From Tubiluchus corallicola (lineage: Eukaryota; Animalia; Priapulida), in assembly GCA_030141605.1 (NCBI GenBank), contig JAQGDQ010000777.1, forward strand, positions 32,763 to 96,762: DNA of 64,000 nucleotides. Reading direction: 5' to 3'. Position numbers and translations under genes: made by a program. Shown here piece after piece: positions 13,096 through 24,437 of the stretch. The first letter of the stretch is position 1; every line of letters starts with the position of its first letter. Under the pieces are notes generated by a model that had not been told where the DNA came from, ran no database searches, and saw only the letters and a program-made list of their open reading frames with translations.

Positions 13096-13739
13096 CTAAC
13101 GTATAAAACAGACGAATTTCAATTAACAATAGATTGTTAGCAACGTAAATTAACAACCAAAAAGAATGTTTACTTTCACGGTAACGCCAAATTTTTAACT
13201 TTAAAATTAAATACAGAAACAAATTGCTCACCGAAAACAAAAGAACAAAATGAGTTAGCAAAACTACAACTTTCTACAGCACATTCATGACACAAAGCCT
13301 TTGCATTCAAAAATGTATACGTTGAAAACTGAAAGGTTCGGTTTTATTCAGCCCTGCTTTATCTATTCTACTCATGCAGGCTTACGATGAAACAACTAGA
13401 ACAATAAAACAACTTGCTGCCAGCCAGAGATTATAGTCGCTGCATGTGCTAATATCAGGTCCAGTACACTATATACATATGGCAAAGGGCCAAGTTAAAA
13501 CAATTAAATTTCTATTTTATAGCTGTAACTGTGAGGGGTGAGCATTCTCTACCATCGAGCTGAACTGAATTTCAAGATTTCGAATTCAAATCGAATTTGA
13601 ATTTAGTTTGCAAGATTTTCGAACAAGTTTTCAAGCTACTAACAAAAAGTGGTTTTACAAAGATTATGCACAGTACTTCAGTCTAGTATGTCAGGTCTTT
13701 TATTTTGGAGTAAAAGTTTGGTATAAATTATGTAAAGAA

Positions 13740-14090
13740 GGTGTTGGGAAAGTATATGTTGCACTTAATAATAGTTGCTCAAACTCATCCTAGAAGGTGG
13801 CATGACTAAGAGAAGAATTCAGGTTGTTGATGTATGTTGTAAAAAGACAGTGTGGATATATCTTGAAGACAGGCACTTGAGCGGGGAATAAGAAATGACA
13901 TGTATGACAGGCTGCTGCTAGAGACAATACATAGTCACAGCATTCCCAAGGAACATCATGTGAAACTTGGTCAATAAAAGTGACCCATATTATGTTATAA
14001 CGACACTGTATCAAAAATAAAGGCCAGGCTGATACTATTATACTTATCATGTAATGAAAACTCCACAAATGCAACTTATGTGACAAATCA
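13740..14090 (-). mobile_element. Highly degenerate CR1/L2-type RT fragment
   Basis: Remnants VTFIDQVS and CLFTTYINNL resemble FIDLSKAFD and LF.IYINDL. Confidence 0.4.
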
Positions 14091-14678
14091 TTTTCTCAGT
14101 GAGGTAGTCTTCTTATGCACATGAGCATTCATACCACAATGTGTAATGAGCAATGTGCGAACTGCGAATAGATAAGTTACAATTGAATAAGATAGGTAAG
14201 TTACAGTCTAAGTCAAATTAAATTTTTCATCGATGAGTAAACTTACAATGCGTTACAACTTACAGAAAGTATATTGTCATTGTGATAGTTATCTCTTGTA
14301 AAATGGGCTGTAGTGTCAGGATTTCAGAAATGCTTTGGCCAAAAACCAGGTGCTGTACCTCTGAATTTAGATGTGTGAGTTTCAGATGCTTATACATAAA
14401 CAACATATTATGAAACTGATTGCTTTATGACGGTATTTGATTTATTTTAATGCATTCTCAAAACACGTGGGTGCAAATTGATGCAATTCTTTATAATGCC
14501 TGTTATTCTGTAGATCTGTGTGCTATAAACTATTGTAAAATTTTTATTATGAACACTTTCATACTGAAAAATGTCTATAATAATTATTGTATTATATATT
14601 CACACAGATGTAGCGTAACAAAAAGAATCAAAATACTGTCTAATAGTGTCTATATACATTTTTTGGCTTAATTGACGC

Positions 14679-14970
14679 CTTGTCGGGATCAATCTTGGGT
14701 ACAACATATCTGCCTCTTCCGAGGCAACATATCTCTCTGTACATTAATTGTTTTCTATCTGAAACCGGTTTCCTTTCTCCTCCTATCATTTTTTGCACGT
14801 GAGCTGTTTTTATACATCTGCCCGGAAGCAGCTACATATCGGTAAACTGGAGTAGTAGAATAAAAGCTGCACAAGTTGCCTTACGATTTATGTAGTTGTA
14901 GAGGAAAACCGAAGTAATTTCAATAACGTATTTTCAACTTCAGCTTTTTTGAGTAAACGAGCACATGTCG
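14679..14970 (-). other. Candidate first exons / 5' end of USP19
   Basis: Donor gtaagg at 14884, acceptor at 14804, ATG at 14789 opening MIGGERKPV...PDK. A phase-0 join to the 13095 exon would need a weak GC donor, so this is unresolved. Confidence 0.3.
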
Positions 14971-15139
14971 ACGCGCGTTATACGTAAAGTTATAAAACAT
15001 TATAAAGCATATTAATTATGTAACTTTCGAAATATTAAATAATGACAAAATATTGGGTAACAGTTGACACGAGTTTATATTTAAGCAGTTTACTACTACA
15101 ATGTGTAAGTCTAATAATCACGGGCTAGTCCAGTTGTAA

Positions 15140-15394
15140 CTACTTTTGAAAATTTCCTCAATACAAGATATTCTTCCAGGAATAAAAATAGTGTGTCCTG
15201 ACAAAGCAACTCTGCTAGGTACCCCTTTAAGGGATGATGCCTTGGTGTCTGTTTTTGGGAAAAAAATACATCAGTTAAAACTGCTTGGTTCTTGGCTTAG
15301 CATATTTGATGCACATGATACATTATGCGTACTTCGATTTTGTTTCTCCATTCCAAAATTTGGTCCATATGTCCATATTTTGAGTTCTTCACCA
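15140..15394 (+). mobile_element. Degenerate non-LTR retrotransposon fragment (CRE-like, post-RT region)
   Basis: ATLLGTPL...AHDTLCVLRFCFSIPK...ILSSSP resembles the LLG.P / HDAL.LLR.C.SIPK..Y.LR.SP pattern as recalled; not confirmed by search. Confidence 0.45.
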
Positions 15395-15618
15395 NNNNNN
15401 NNNNNNNNNNNNNNNNNNNNNNNNNNNNNNNNNNNNNNNNNNNNNNNNNNNNNNNNNNNNNNNNNNNNNNNNNNNNNNNNNNNNNNNNNNNNNNNNNNNN
15501 NNNNNNNNNNNNNNNNNNNNNNNNNNNNNNNNNNNNNNNNNNNNNNNNNNNNNNNNNNNNNNNNNNNNNNNNNNNNNNNNNNNNNNNNNNNNNNNNNNNN
15601 NNNNNNNNNNNNNNNNNN
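15395..15618. other. Assembly gap (224 N)
   Basis: Run of n. Confidence 1.
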
Positions 15619-16035
15619 TGTTGCAGGTGCAAATGTTTTGGTCCATTACCTCTTCTCAAGGTAGTATATGCATTAGAAGCCACAATATATTAGACTGTAG
15701 CTCAACCTCTAGACTACTTTTTCTACTCTGACATTGTATAGGTGGAACTTGTCATGTACGCACGTCTTTGTTGCATTTAAAAATTTGACTTATAATTATA
15801 CTGCTACCTTTTACTGACATTCTGGCTTTTTCTCGACTCAATATTGGACCAACAATGTATGTATGCATTTTAGCTTTTTTAGTGTAACGTAGTAATCTGT
15901 AGCACTTATTTTCTAGCACTTTTATTTCACTAGATTTGTAGATGTAGTAGTTGTAGACTACAGAAAATTTGTATTTTTGCAGAATAAACTACATAGATCT
16001 GGGAACTCAACTTTGGTTTGAGCGTATACATTACA
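15619..16035 (+). repeat. BEL 5' LTR (417 bp; begins exactly at the gap edge)
   Basis: Direct repeat of 28696-29111 with about 10 substitutions and 1 indel counted by eye. Confidence 0.93.
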
Positions 16036-16712
16036 ACCATTTATTATTGCACTTCCAATGAGGTCTGGGCAAAGCGGTGTCATATCAAAAGGGCCGACGT
16101 ACGGTGCGTGTGTGACCTTGACGTGGATACCTGGAAGTTGAACAGCTGACTGCTGGAAGACGTTATATTGCGTTGCAATGGAACATTGACGGGAAAGCTT
16201 TCTATACCGTGTGAATTCTACAGCATAGGACAGACAAGTTTGAAGTTTATTTTCTATGAACATTTACTTGTGTCATTATTCATGTTTTATTGTTGCCAAG
16301 TTTGCACTGATTAGCCTATGCCAGTTCTTGTGAGTATCAGTACGAAGTATTTAGTATAAATTATATTTAAAATGTTTAATATCCTTTTATGTAAAGGGGT
16401 TCATTTGATTATTTGAATTTATATGAGCTCTATAGTAGTGAAGCCTACATTTTTAACAGCCTTGTTGAAAATTAACTGCCAAGTAGATGATTTTTGCTGA
16501 TGGTTTGGTTAGCATTGCTTGTTAGCTGAATGAATTTGAATGAATGCAAACGCTGAACTAGGTTGTTAGTTATTGCTGAGAAAGTTATGTTTTCTATTAT
16601 AATGGATCCTAGCTTAAATTAAATAATTTAGGCTTTGCAGTTTGTTTGATAAGTTGAACTTTAACTTGCAAATTTTGCTAAACACGTTTTGAGAAATATT
16701 TGTACAGGCAAA

Positions 16713-18477
16713 ATGTCAGTTGAAATGGAAGAGATGAAACGGCATAAGACAGCAAGGACTAATGCTAAGAGACAGATTACGATGAAGTCAAAAAAGCTTC
16801 AGAATTGTATTAAAGCAGAAGAACCAGTGGAGGAAATCAGACAACTGCTCAGCGAGTTAGGCACTTTGTATACTGATTTTCTGCAGATTCATCGGGCGTT
16901 TCATTTACTTTTAAATGACGCTGACAAAATGACATCACAGACTTATGCTGATGAAGTTAAGAATGATGTAACCACAATAATGAATACTGCCAAAGATTAT
17001 ATTGGTATTCGGCAACTTGTCACTGCAGATGATACGGGTGCTACTGCTAACTTTGATACAGAGGCTGATGATATTTCCAAAATTCCAGTTTCAGGTTTGT
17101 TGCTAGAGGGCGCGCCACCTGTCCAAGACACAAATGTTAGCATTGCTAATACTGCTTGCAGCGTGACATCATCTGGAACTGAAGTCAGTCGTAAAGATTT
17201 CGGTGGTGCTCGACCAAAGACGCCCATGCACCCGATGTTACCAAGTAATCCCACTTCGCCTGTAGCATCTAAGAAGGTTACAGTATCTAAAAAGTCTTCT
17301 TCAAAGAAGAGCAGTTTGAGTAGCATCAAGGCAAAAGCAGCAGCCAAGAAGGCAGCACTTCTTGCTGAAGCTAATATGATAGATGCTCAGAGAAAGCTGG
17401 ATCAAGAGGAACTTGACCTCAAACAAAAGCGCAAGAAGCTTGCACTTGAAACAGAGCTTGCAAAGGCACAGGCCCAGGAAAATGCAATTGCTGAATTGGA
17501 ATGTGCATCACAGTTGTCTCCAGAATCTATAGCTACCAGAGAGAAACAACAGCGTGTCTTGAGATGGGTCAATGAGCAACCTGAACCTATGGCTGATCCA
17601 GAACCTGAAGCCGCCCATTTTGGTCTTAACCCATTGGTACCTGAATGGCAGCCGCAGCAAGTTACTCAACCAATTGATGCTCCGAGAATTTCTTCGCAGC
17701 ATGTTTCTTCGGAAAGGCAGCCCCGCACAAATTTTGCGCCTCATCATTTAGCAGATATGTTTCATCTAATGTCAGTGCCTAGACCAGATATAGTCAAATT
17801 TACCGGAGATCCCATTGAATATTGGACTTTCATTACTTGTTTTCACAATGCAATTGGAAACAAGCCAATTGATGACAGTGCGAAGCTAAACCATCTGTTG
17901 CAGTCTTGTACAGCAGAAGCCTATGAGTCAATCCGTTGTTGTGCTATGACCGGAGGAAGCAGAGGCTATGCAGAAGCTTTAAGGATCTTGAAAGAGAGAT
18001 TTGGTGATAATCATCAGATACAGGAGATTTGGATGAAAAGACTGACTGAAGGACCACATATTAAATCACAGGATGCCAAAGGTTTGCTGAAACTTGCTGA
18101 TGACTTAAATAATGCTAGAGTGACCTTGCAAGCTATGGGAAAGATGAATGAAATGAGCACTACTCGCAGCATGGCAGATATAGTTAGACGTTTACCATAC
18201 CATCTTCAATCCAAATTGCGCACCAAAGCTATAGAACATTTAACAGAATTTGGAAGGTATCCTGGTATTGACATACTATCATTGTTTCTGATGAAGGTAG
18301 CAAGAGAAATGAATGATCCAGTTTTTGGACTTTGCGAGATGAAAGAGTCTAAGCTGCCTACCCGCAAGGAAAAGGGGAACATTACCAAAAGTTTTAGCTA
18401 CACTGTTGCCAATACAAAGGCAGTCAAAAGGAAGACATCCTTTCCTGAGCAATCTCAGTTTGTGAGAATATGTCCTC
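16713..18477 (+). pseudogene. BEL Gag, N-terminal part (coiled coil plus DUF1759-like F.GDP.EY..F region), cut by the nested insertion
   Basis: Part of ORF 16689-18674; motifs KFTGDPIEYWTF and LKERFG; the last ~65 aa of the ORF are read-through into the inserted LTR. Confidence 0.88.
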
Positions 18478-18683
18478 CGCCAGTATACATGCGTGTTGTT
18501 AGTTTTATCAACTTTACCCCTTTTGCAAAGTTGCTCTTTTGTTTTCAGCTTCTTTGTTTTTCGGGTTGCGCTCATCTTTCTAGTTATAACCTCGTTGCTT
18601 TGCGAGTTACAATAAAGTTGTTAAATTTATTCTTGTCGTCTTGGTGTTTGAGACAAAGCTGGAACATTCTTTAATTAATGGCG
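18478..18683 (+). repeat. 5' LTR of the nested element (CGCCA...TGGCG)
   Basis: No difference from 24229-24434 seen by eye; AATAAA at 18611. Confidence 0.93.
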
Positions 18684-18702
18684 TGGTGGCTGCCGGTGTG
18701 AC
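18684..18702 (+). other. Primer-binding site, imperfectly complementary to a tRNA-Leu 3' end
   Basis: TGGTGGCTGCCGGTGTGAC versus expected TGGTGGCAGCGGTGGGA; abuts the LTR. Confidence 0.6.
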
Positions 18703-18884
18703 TACGTACTCAGAAAAGCCAGTGGACCTTATAATTGGTTTGTCGAGAGTGTACATGCATCTGTCTAAATCTAACCAAAACCAGTCAGCTTATTCCATAG
18801 CTGTAAAGACGTAAGAATTCAAATTTATCAGCGCAATTTTCGAAAGAACTAGTATTGATAAACACCCTCAATTTGTGTTAGAAT

Positions 18885-20903
18885 ATGGCCACTACTCGTG
18901 CTCCAAAACAGTGGTGTCTGACAAAACAAGAGACAATTACATCATTTGAAGCATGGCGCCAAAATTTGCAATACACTCTATCGCTAGATCAGAATTTTGC
19001 AGAATTTTTAGTTGAAGGTGCGACCTGGCATAAGAAAACAAATGCAGCACCTTTACGAGGTCTGCAAGATGATGATGAAAACGTTCCCATTGCAAACCGC
19101 CGAACAGCCGCACAAAAGACCACTCATCTGGACTTAATGCTGGGACAGATTGCCAACTATTGTCCGATTATTTCGAGAAATTCCATTGTCAAAAACTCAA
19201 CATCATTGACTCGTATATGGCAAACAATTAGACAGCATTTCGGATTCCAAACAACAGGTGGTCATTTTTTGGATTTTAATAATATTCATATGCAGCCAGA
19301 CGAACGTCCAGAAGATCTTTTCCAGCGTTTAAATAGTTTCATTGAGGATAACCTCTTACGCGCTGCAGGTGGTATACAGCATCACGGTGAGAATCCAATT
19401 AGTGATGAGGAAATTACACCTACCTTAGAGAACCTAATCATTCTGACTTGGCTTCGACTTTTACATCCTGGGCTACCCAGCTTAGTCAAGCAAAAGTACG
19501 GTACAGAGCTAAGATCAAAAACACTTGCCTCACTGAAGCCAGAAATTTCATTGGCACTAGATTCTTTGCTAGAGGAACTTCAGGCATCAGCCGATGCTAA
19601 AGTGTTACGCACAGCCTTCCAACAGTTTCCAGATTATTCCAAACGCAAACAGCCGTTGATTCGGAAAAAGCAACCGCATCGTTCAACAAAAATTTGCCCG
19701 TTATGCAAACAAGCGGGTCGTGCTAAATTTCAACATTTTCTCAGTACGTGCCAGTACCTACCAGAGGAAGATAAGGAATATTTCGCCAGAGCCCGTCAGA
19801 CCATCAGCTTTGAGGAAGACTACAGTCAAGACAGTGCAGATAGTTGTCATAACATTGACACAACAGAGCCTGACGCCGGTGACGATGATGAGTGTGCGTC
19901 CCATAATCTCCGTTGTGTGTCTACCGCACATCGAGTCAGCACAAAACAATCTCCTCATTTGAAAGTTTTCTACAAACATCATCCAATCTACATAACCCTA
20001 GACACGGGTGCTGAAACCAGCATGATCAAAGAAGCTATTGCCCATCTAATTGGTGTTCCTATTCAGCAAGCTACACAGTCCGCTTTGCAAGCTGATGGGG
20101 TTACACCATTGGACATCATAGGTGAAACACGCATAACTGTTACTCGAAATGCTCACAATCTCTGTTTAGGAGCCCTAGTAGTGCGTAATTTGGATGTTGA
20201 TATCTTGGCTGGAACTCCTTTCCTCATAGCTAACGATATCTCAGTTCGTCCCGCTCGGAAAGAAGTTTGCATAAAAGGCTCAGACACTGCTAAATATGAT
20301 ATTCCCCCTGTCAACACCTCCAAAAGTAGTATTTGCTATGCCCATGTTCTGCGTGCACCCTCAACTCCTACTATGATCTGGCCTGGCGAGTACTTAGAGT
20401 TATCAGTCCCCTCTTCTGTGGACCCTGACAGCCCTTTAGCCGTAGAGCCTCATACCGACTATGCCAAAACCACCTCACTATGGCCTCAACCTGACATAAT
20501 TGAAGCTGTAGCAGGAAAAATCCGCATACCAAATATTTCTTCTGATCCACTTACAATACCCAAACACGCACACATTTGCAAGACCTATTCGGTAACTAGT
20601 TCCAAACTTACTACTAATAGCCAGGATTCCCAAAACCTACCCCAGGCTCAAATGCATAACGCCAAGCAGAACCCACCAGTTTGTTACTCAGATGCCGTCA
20701 CTGTTGACCCAGATAACATCCTAAGCCCGCAATCTCGTGCCAACTTCAAGAAGCTACTACAAGACTATGATGGCATTTTAGCCCCAATATCAGTGGATAC
20801 AATGGTGCTGCTGGCAAGTTCGCATCCAAAGTCAATATGGGTCCCGTACAGCCCCCACAGCGCAAGGGCAGAGTACCTCAATACTCACGAGATAAACTCA
20901 TAG
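18885..20903 (+). CDS. Nested element Gag-protease ORF
   Basis: 672 aa; CCHC-like CPLC...HFLSTC; aspartic protease LDTGA; the tail after ~20780 is probably out of frame. Confidence 0.88.
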   Translation: MATTRAPKQWCLTKQETITSFEAWRQNLQYTLSLDQNFAEFLVEGATWHKKTNAAPLRGLQDDDENVPIANRRTAAQKTTHLDLMLGQIANYCPIISRNSIVKNSTSLTRIWQTIRQHFGFQTTGGHFLDFNNIHMQPDERPEDLFQRLNSFIEDNLLRAAGGIQHHGENPISDEEITPTLENLIILTWLRLLHPGLPSLVKQKYGTELRSKTLASLKPEISLALDSLLEELQASADAKVLRTAFQQFPDYSKRKQPLIRKKQPHRSTKICPLCKQAGRAKFQHFLSTCQYLPEEDKEYFARARQTISFEEDYSQDSADSCHNIDTTEPDAGDDDECASHNLRCVSTAHRVSTKQSPHLKVFYKHHPIYITLDTGAETSMIKEAIAHLIGVPIQQATQSALQADGVTPLDIIGETRITVTRNAHNLCLGALVVRNLDVDILAGTPFLIANDISVRPARKEVCIKGSDTAKYDIPPVNTSKSSICYAHVLRAPSTPTMIWPGEYLELSVPSSVDPDSPLAVEPHTDYAKTTSLWPQPDIIEAVAGKIRIPNISSDPLTIPKHAHICKTYSVTSSKLTTNSQDSQNLPQAQMHNAKQNPPVCYSDAVTVDPDNILSPQSRANFKKLLQDYDGILAPISVDTMVLLASSHPKSIWVPYSPHSARAEYLNTHEINS

Positions 20904-23767
20904 AGCTGCAAGCAAAGTTTGATGAGCTTGAAGCACAGGGTGTAGTCCGTCGCCCTGAAGATGTTAATGTTACTGTCGAATACCTAAACCCCTCATTCTT
21001 AGTCAAAAAGCGCAGAGGTGGTCATCGTCTTGTAACAGCCTTTTCAGATGTTGGCAGATATAGCAAGCCCCAGCCATCTTTAATGCCTGATGCCAACACT
21101 ATCCTACAAACTATCGCCCGTTGGCGTTACATCATTGTATCTGACCTAACTGATGCTTTCTATCAGATTCCATTAGAACATTCTTCTATGAAATATTGTG
21201 GGGTAGCTACTCCATTCCGTGGCATCAGAGTGTACACCAGATGTGCCATGGGCATGCCTGGTTCTGAAACGGCACTAGAAGAATTAATGTGTCGGATCCT
21301 CGGTGACTCTCTCCAAGATGGCTTTGTTTCTAAATTAGCAGATGACCTCTATTGTGGAGGTGATACCCCTGAAGAACTCTTGGACAATTGGCATCGGGTT
21401 CTTGACGCTCTTCACAAGTCTAACATCCACTTATCTCCCACAAAGACTATCATCTGTCCAAAGTCAACCACCATACTAGGATGGATTTGGACACAAGGCA
21501 ACAGTGCCGCTAGCCCTCACCGCATAGCCACCTTATCAACATGCCCTGCACCAGATACAGTCCATGGTCTTCGATCATTTATTGGTGCATATAAAGTACT
21601 TGGACGTGTCTTACCTGGCTGTTCCCTTGTGTTAGCCCCTCTAGAGGATGCCATCGCTGGACTGCAGTCACGTGACAAGCTGCAGTGGACCGATGAATTA
21701 CACCACCATTTTGCCGCTGCCCAAAAGGCTCTATCTATGCACAAACCCATTATTTTACCAGTACCTTCAGATCAGCTGTGGATAGTAACTGATGGATCTG
21801 TCACTAAAAGGGGAATTGGTGCTACTTTGTATGTTACCCGCAATTCCAAATTATTTCTTGCCGGATTCTTCAGTGCCAAGTTACGCAAACATCAGGTTAC
21901 ATGGTTACCTTGTGAGGTAGAAGCCTTGTGCATTGCTGCTGCTGTCAAACATTTTAGTCCCTTTATTATACAGTCGACTTCTCACCCCTGCGTACTAACG
22001 GACAGCAAACCATGTGTTCAAGCTATTGAAAAGCTTTGTAGAGGCGAATTTTCCGCCAGTCCTCGTGTCACGTCATTTTTATCCACCGTAAGCCGCTACC
22101 AGGTAACTGTCCGGCACCTCTCAGGAAATGCCAATATTCCTTCGGATTTTGCAAGTAGAAATGCACCTGAGTGCAACGAACCACATTGTCAGATCTGCTC
22201 ATTTATCATACAGACCGAAGATTCTGTTGTCCGTTCCGCCTCAGTGCAGGACATCATCAATTGTACTGCTCCATTGCCCTTTACCACCAGATCAGCATGG
22301 AGGGACATCCAGTCTGGCTGTCCAGATTTGCATCGCACTCATGCCCACCTTCGGCAAGGAACGCGTCCGTCAAAGAAATGCACTAACATCAAAGATGTTA
22401 AAAGGTACCTCAATGCCGCTACAATTGCTAAGGATGGCTTATTGGTTGTGCGTCGTCATGAGCCATTGCACCCTTCCATGGAGCTCATCGTGGTTCCACG
22501 TTCTGTTCTGGAAGGCCTTCTCACAGCTCTTCACATAAAGCTTAGTCACCCTACAAAGCATCAGCTTCAGCTCGTTGCCAGGCGCCACTTCTTTGCTTTA
22601 GACATGTCAAAGTCCATTGATCGAGTTACTGACTCATGCCACATGTGCTCGTCTCTGAAAAAGTTTCCCCAAAGTCTTATTAGCCAGTCATCTGATTCTC
22701 CTCCCAATGCTGTTGGTCTGTCCTTTGCTGCGGACATTCTTAAACGTCATCGCCAACTTATCCTAGTAGTGCGAGAAACATCCACTTCTTATACGAATGC
22801 ATGCATCGTGCCAGATGAAAGAAGCGACACCTTTCGTGAAGCTCTTGCTTGCCTTTGCTTAGATCTTCACCCTCCAGATGGCCCTTCTGCAGTAGTCAGA
22901 GTGGATCCTGCTCCTGGCTTTCGTGCTCTTTCCAATGACAGCACTCTTCTGCAGCTTGGTCTTTCTCTGGAAATTGGACGTATTAAAAATCCAAATAAGA
23001 ACCCAGTTGCAGAGCGTGCGATCCAGGAATTGGAAGAAGAACTTTTGCGCCACGAACCTGGAGGTGGACCCGTATCCCGTTTAGGTTTGTCTATGGCTCT
23101 CGCTCGCCTAAATTCTCGCATCCGCCATGGCGGTTTGTCCTCCCGGGAGTTGTGGACACAGCGCGACCAGTTCTCTCATGATCAGCTACCCATTTCTGAC
23201 AGAGATACTATCATATCCCAACACATGCAGCGCCAGGCCAATCACTCACACAGCGAATCCTCTAAATGTCCCAGTAGACGAAATCCTAATCACCCTGTTA
23301 TCAATATAGGAGACTTGGTCTACCTTTACTCAGATCGCGATAAATCCCAGGCACGCAGCAGGTATCTTGTCACTGGTATTGATGGAGAATGGCTCTTTCT
23401 AAAAAAATTTACTGGTTCGCAATTGCGTGCCTCATCTTATAAAGTAAAGCACTCTGAATGTTATTTAGTTCCGACCCACACAGACCATGACAAGTATCCT
23501 CCGCCTCTGTTAAAACATAGTTTCTGCGATGATGACGATGACTCCGAGGCCGTGTCTGCCTTTCCAATTCCCCATCAGCCATTGATACCCATCACTCTTT
23601 CTTCACCCCCATCTGACAGCTATACAGACAAGGCATCTGCTGTCCCTCAGCAGTTGTTCCCGACTTGCGACACTTCAACCGAGCAATCTATCCCTCCAGC
23701 CACCGATTATTCTCATCCAAAACGCAGTCGTCGCCCCCCAAAATATCTTGCTGACTACGTTACCTGA
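20837..23767 (+). CDS. Nested element Pol (RT, RNase H, integrase)
   Basis: 976 aa; RT DLTDAFYQI, MGM..S, LADD; RNaseH TDGS, EVEAL, TDSKP, SDFASR; IN H..H..CHMC, ADI, VDP, AERAI; ends PKRSRRPPKYLADYV. Confidence 0.92.
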   Translation: MGPVQPPQRKGRVPQYSRDKLIELQAKFDELEAQGVVRRPEDVNVTVEYLNPSFLVKKRRGGHRLVTAFSDVGRYSKPQPSLMPDANTILQTIARWRYIIVSDLTDAFYQIPLEHSSMKYCGVATPFRGIRVYTRCAMGMPGSETALEELMCRILGDSLQDGFVSKLADDLYCGGDTPEELLDNWHRVLDALHKSNIHLSPTKTIICPKSTTILGWIWTQGNSAASPHRIATLSTCPAPDTVHGLRSFIGAYKVLGRVLPGCSLVLAPLEDAIAGLQSRDKLQWTDELHHHFAAAQKALSMHKPIILPVPSDQLWIVTDGSVTKRGIGATLYVTRNSKLFLAGFFSAKLRKHQVTWLPCEVEALCIAAAVKHFSPFIIQSTSHPCVLTDSKPCVQAIEKLCRGEFSASPRVTSFLSTVSRYQVTVRHLSGNANIPSDFASRNAPECNEPHCQICSFIIQTEDSVVRSASVQDIINCTAPLPFTTRSAWRDIQSGCPDLHRTHAHLRQGTRPSKKCTNIKDVKRYLNAATIAKDGLLVVRRHEPLHPSMELIVVPRSVLEGLLTALHIKLSHPTKHQLQLVARRHFFALDMSKSIDRVTDSCHMCSSLKKFPQSLISQSSDSPPNAVGLSFAADILKRHRQLILVVRETSTSYTNACIVPDERSDTFREALACLCLDLHPPDGPSAVVRVDPAPGFRALSNDSTLLQLGLSLEIGRIKNPNKNPVAERAIQELEEELLRHEPGGGPVSRLGLSMALARLNSRIRHGGLSSRELWTQRDQFSHDQLPISDRDTIISQHMQRQANHSHSESSKCPSRRNPNHPVINIGDLVYLYSDRDKSQARSRYLVTGIDGEWLFLKKFTGSQLRASSYKVKHSECYLVPTHTDHDKYPPPLLKHSFCDDDDDSEAVSAFPIPHQPLIPITLSSPPSDSYTDKASAVPQQLFPTCDTSTEQSIPPATDYSHPKRSRRPPKYLADYVT

Positions 23768-24228
23768 ATTTTATCCTTTTTCTTCAGCATTTACATATCA
23801 AGTTGTAAGTGTGCCTTTTTGACTTTATAATGTAAGTTACACACAAATTTTGTATTGTGTTTTTGAGTAACATAATCCGATAATATTACCCTAAATCATT
23901 GACTTCATGCTAAGTTCTATTATAGTCGTGCTGTATTTCTTTGGTCATCTGTGTATTACCTCTTTCTATATGTAATACTGTGACAGCTATCGTTAATGCA
24001 CTTATATTCGCATTACTGTACAAGCACATACTGTTTTCATGATAAACAACGTATATTAATGTTGTGCACCGCACATCGTAGTTTGCGATAGTTCATAAAT
24101 TACATTCTATATCGTTTGTATTGTAATTCTAGTTACAAGTTTCACCTTTTGTGTCATATTACATGTATACTAAATGTTGTTTGATTTTGTTTCTAGCCAT
24201 CGGTTAAGAAAAAGGAAAAGAGAAGCCG

Positions 24229-24434
24229 CGCCAGTATACATGCGTGTTGTTAGTTTTATCAACTTTACCCCTTTTGCAAAGTTGCTCTTTTGTTTTCAGC
24301 TTCTTTGTTTTTCGGGTTGCGCTCATCTTTCTAGTTATAACCTCGTTGCTTTGCGAGTTACAATAAAGTTGTTAAATTTATTCTTGTCGTCTTGGTGTTT
24401 GAGACAAAGCTGGAACATTCTTTAATTAATGGCG
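24229..24434 (+). repeat. 3' LTR of the nested element
   Basis: Follows the purine tract aagaaaaaggaaaagagaag plus ccg. Confidence 0.93.
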
Positions 24435-24437
24435 CTC

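Larger units (their letters stand above)
18478..24434 (+). mobile_element. Gypsy-like LTR retrotransposon with 3-bp TSD (Troyka-type), nested in the BEL gag
   Basis: Identical 206-bp LTRs, TSD CTC (18475-18477 and 24435-24437), PBS at 18684, PPT at ~24206-24225, domain order Gag-PR-RT-RH-IN. Confidence 0.93.

Noticed and set aside
20770-20903. Programmed -1 frameshift between the nested element's two ORFs
   Set aside because: There is no X XXY YYZ slippery site, and the break falls after the protease. Adding one T to ggcatttta fuses the ORFs (DGIFSPNISGYNGAAG...MGP), so a 1-nt deletion or homopolymer error is more likely.
23768-24228. env-like ORF in the nested element
   Set aside because: The region is AT-rich and only 460 bp, with no substantial ORF.
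18478-24434. DIRS/Ngaro tyrosine-recombinase element (suggested by the 3-bp junction and non-TG/CA ends)
   Set aside because: It has simple direct LTRs, a PBS, a PPT, a protease and a DDE integrase.
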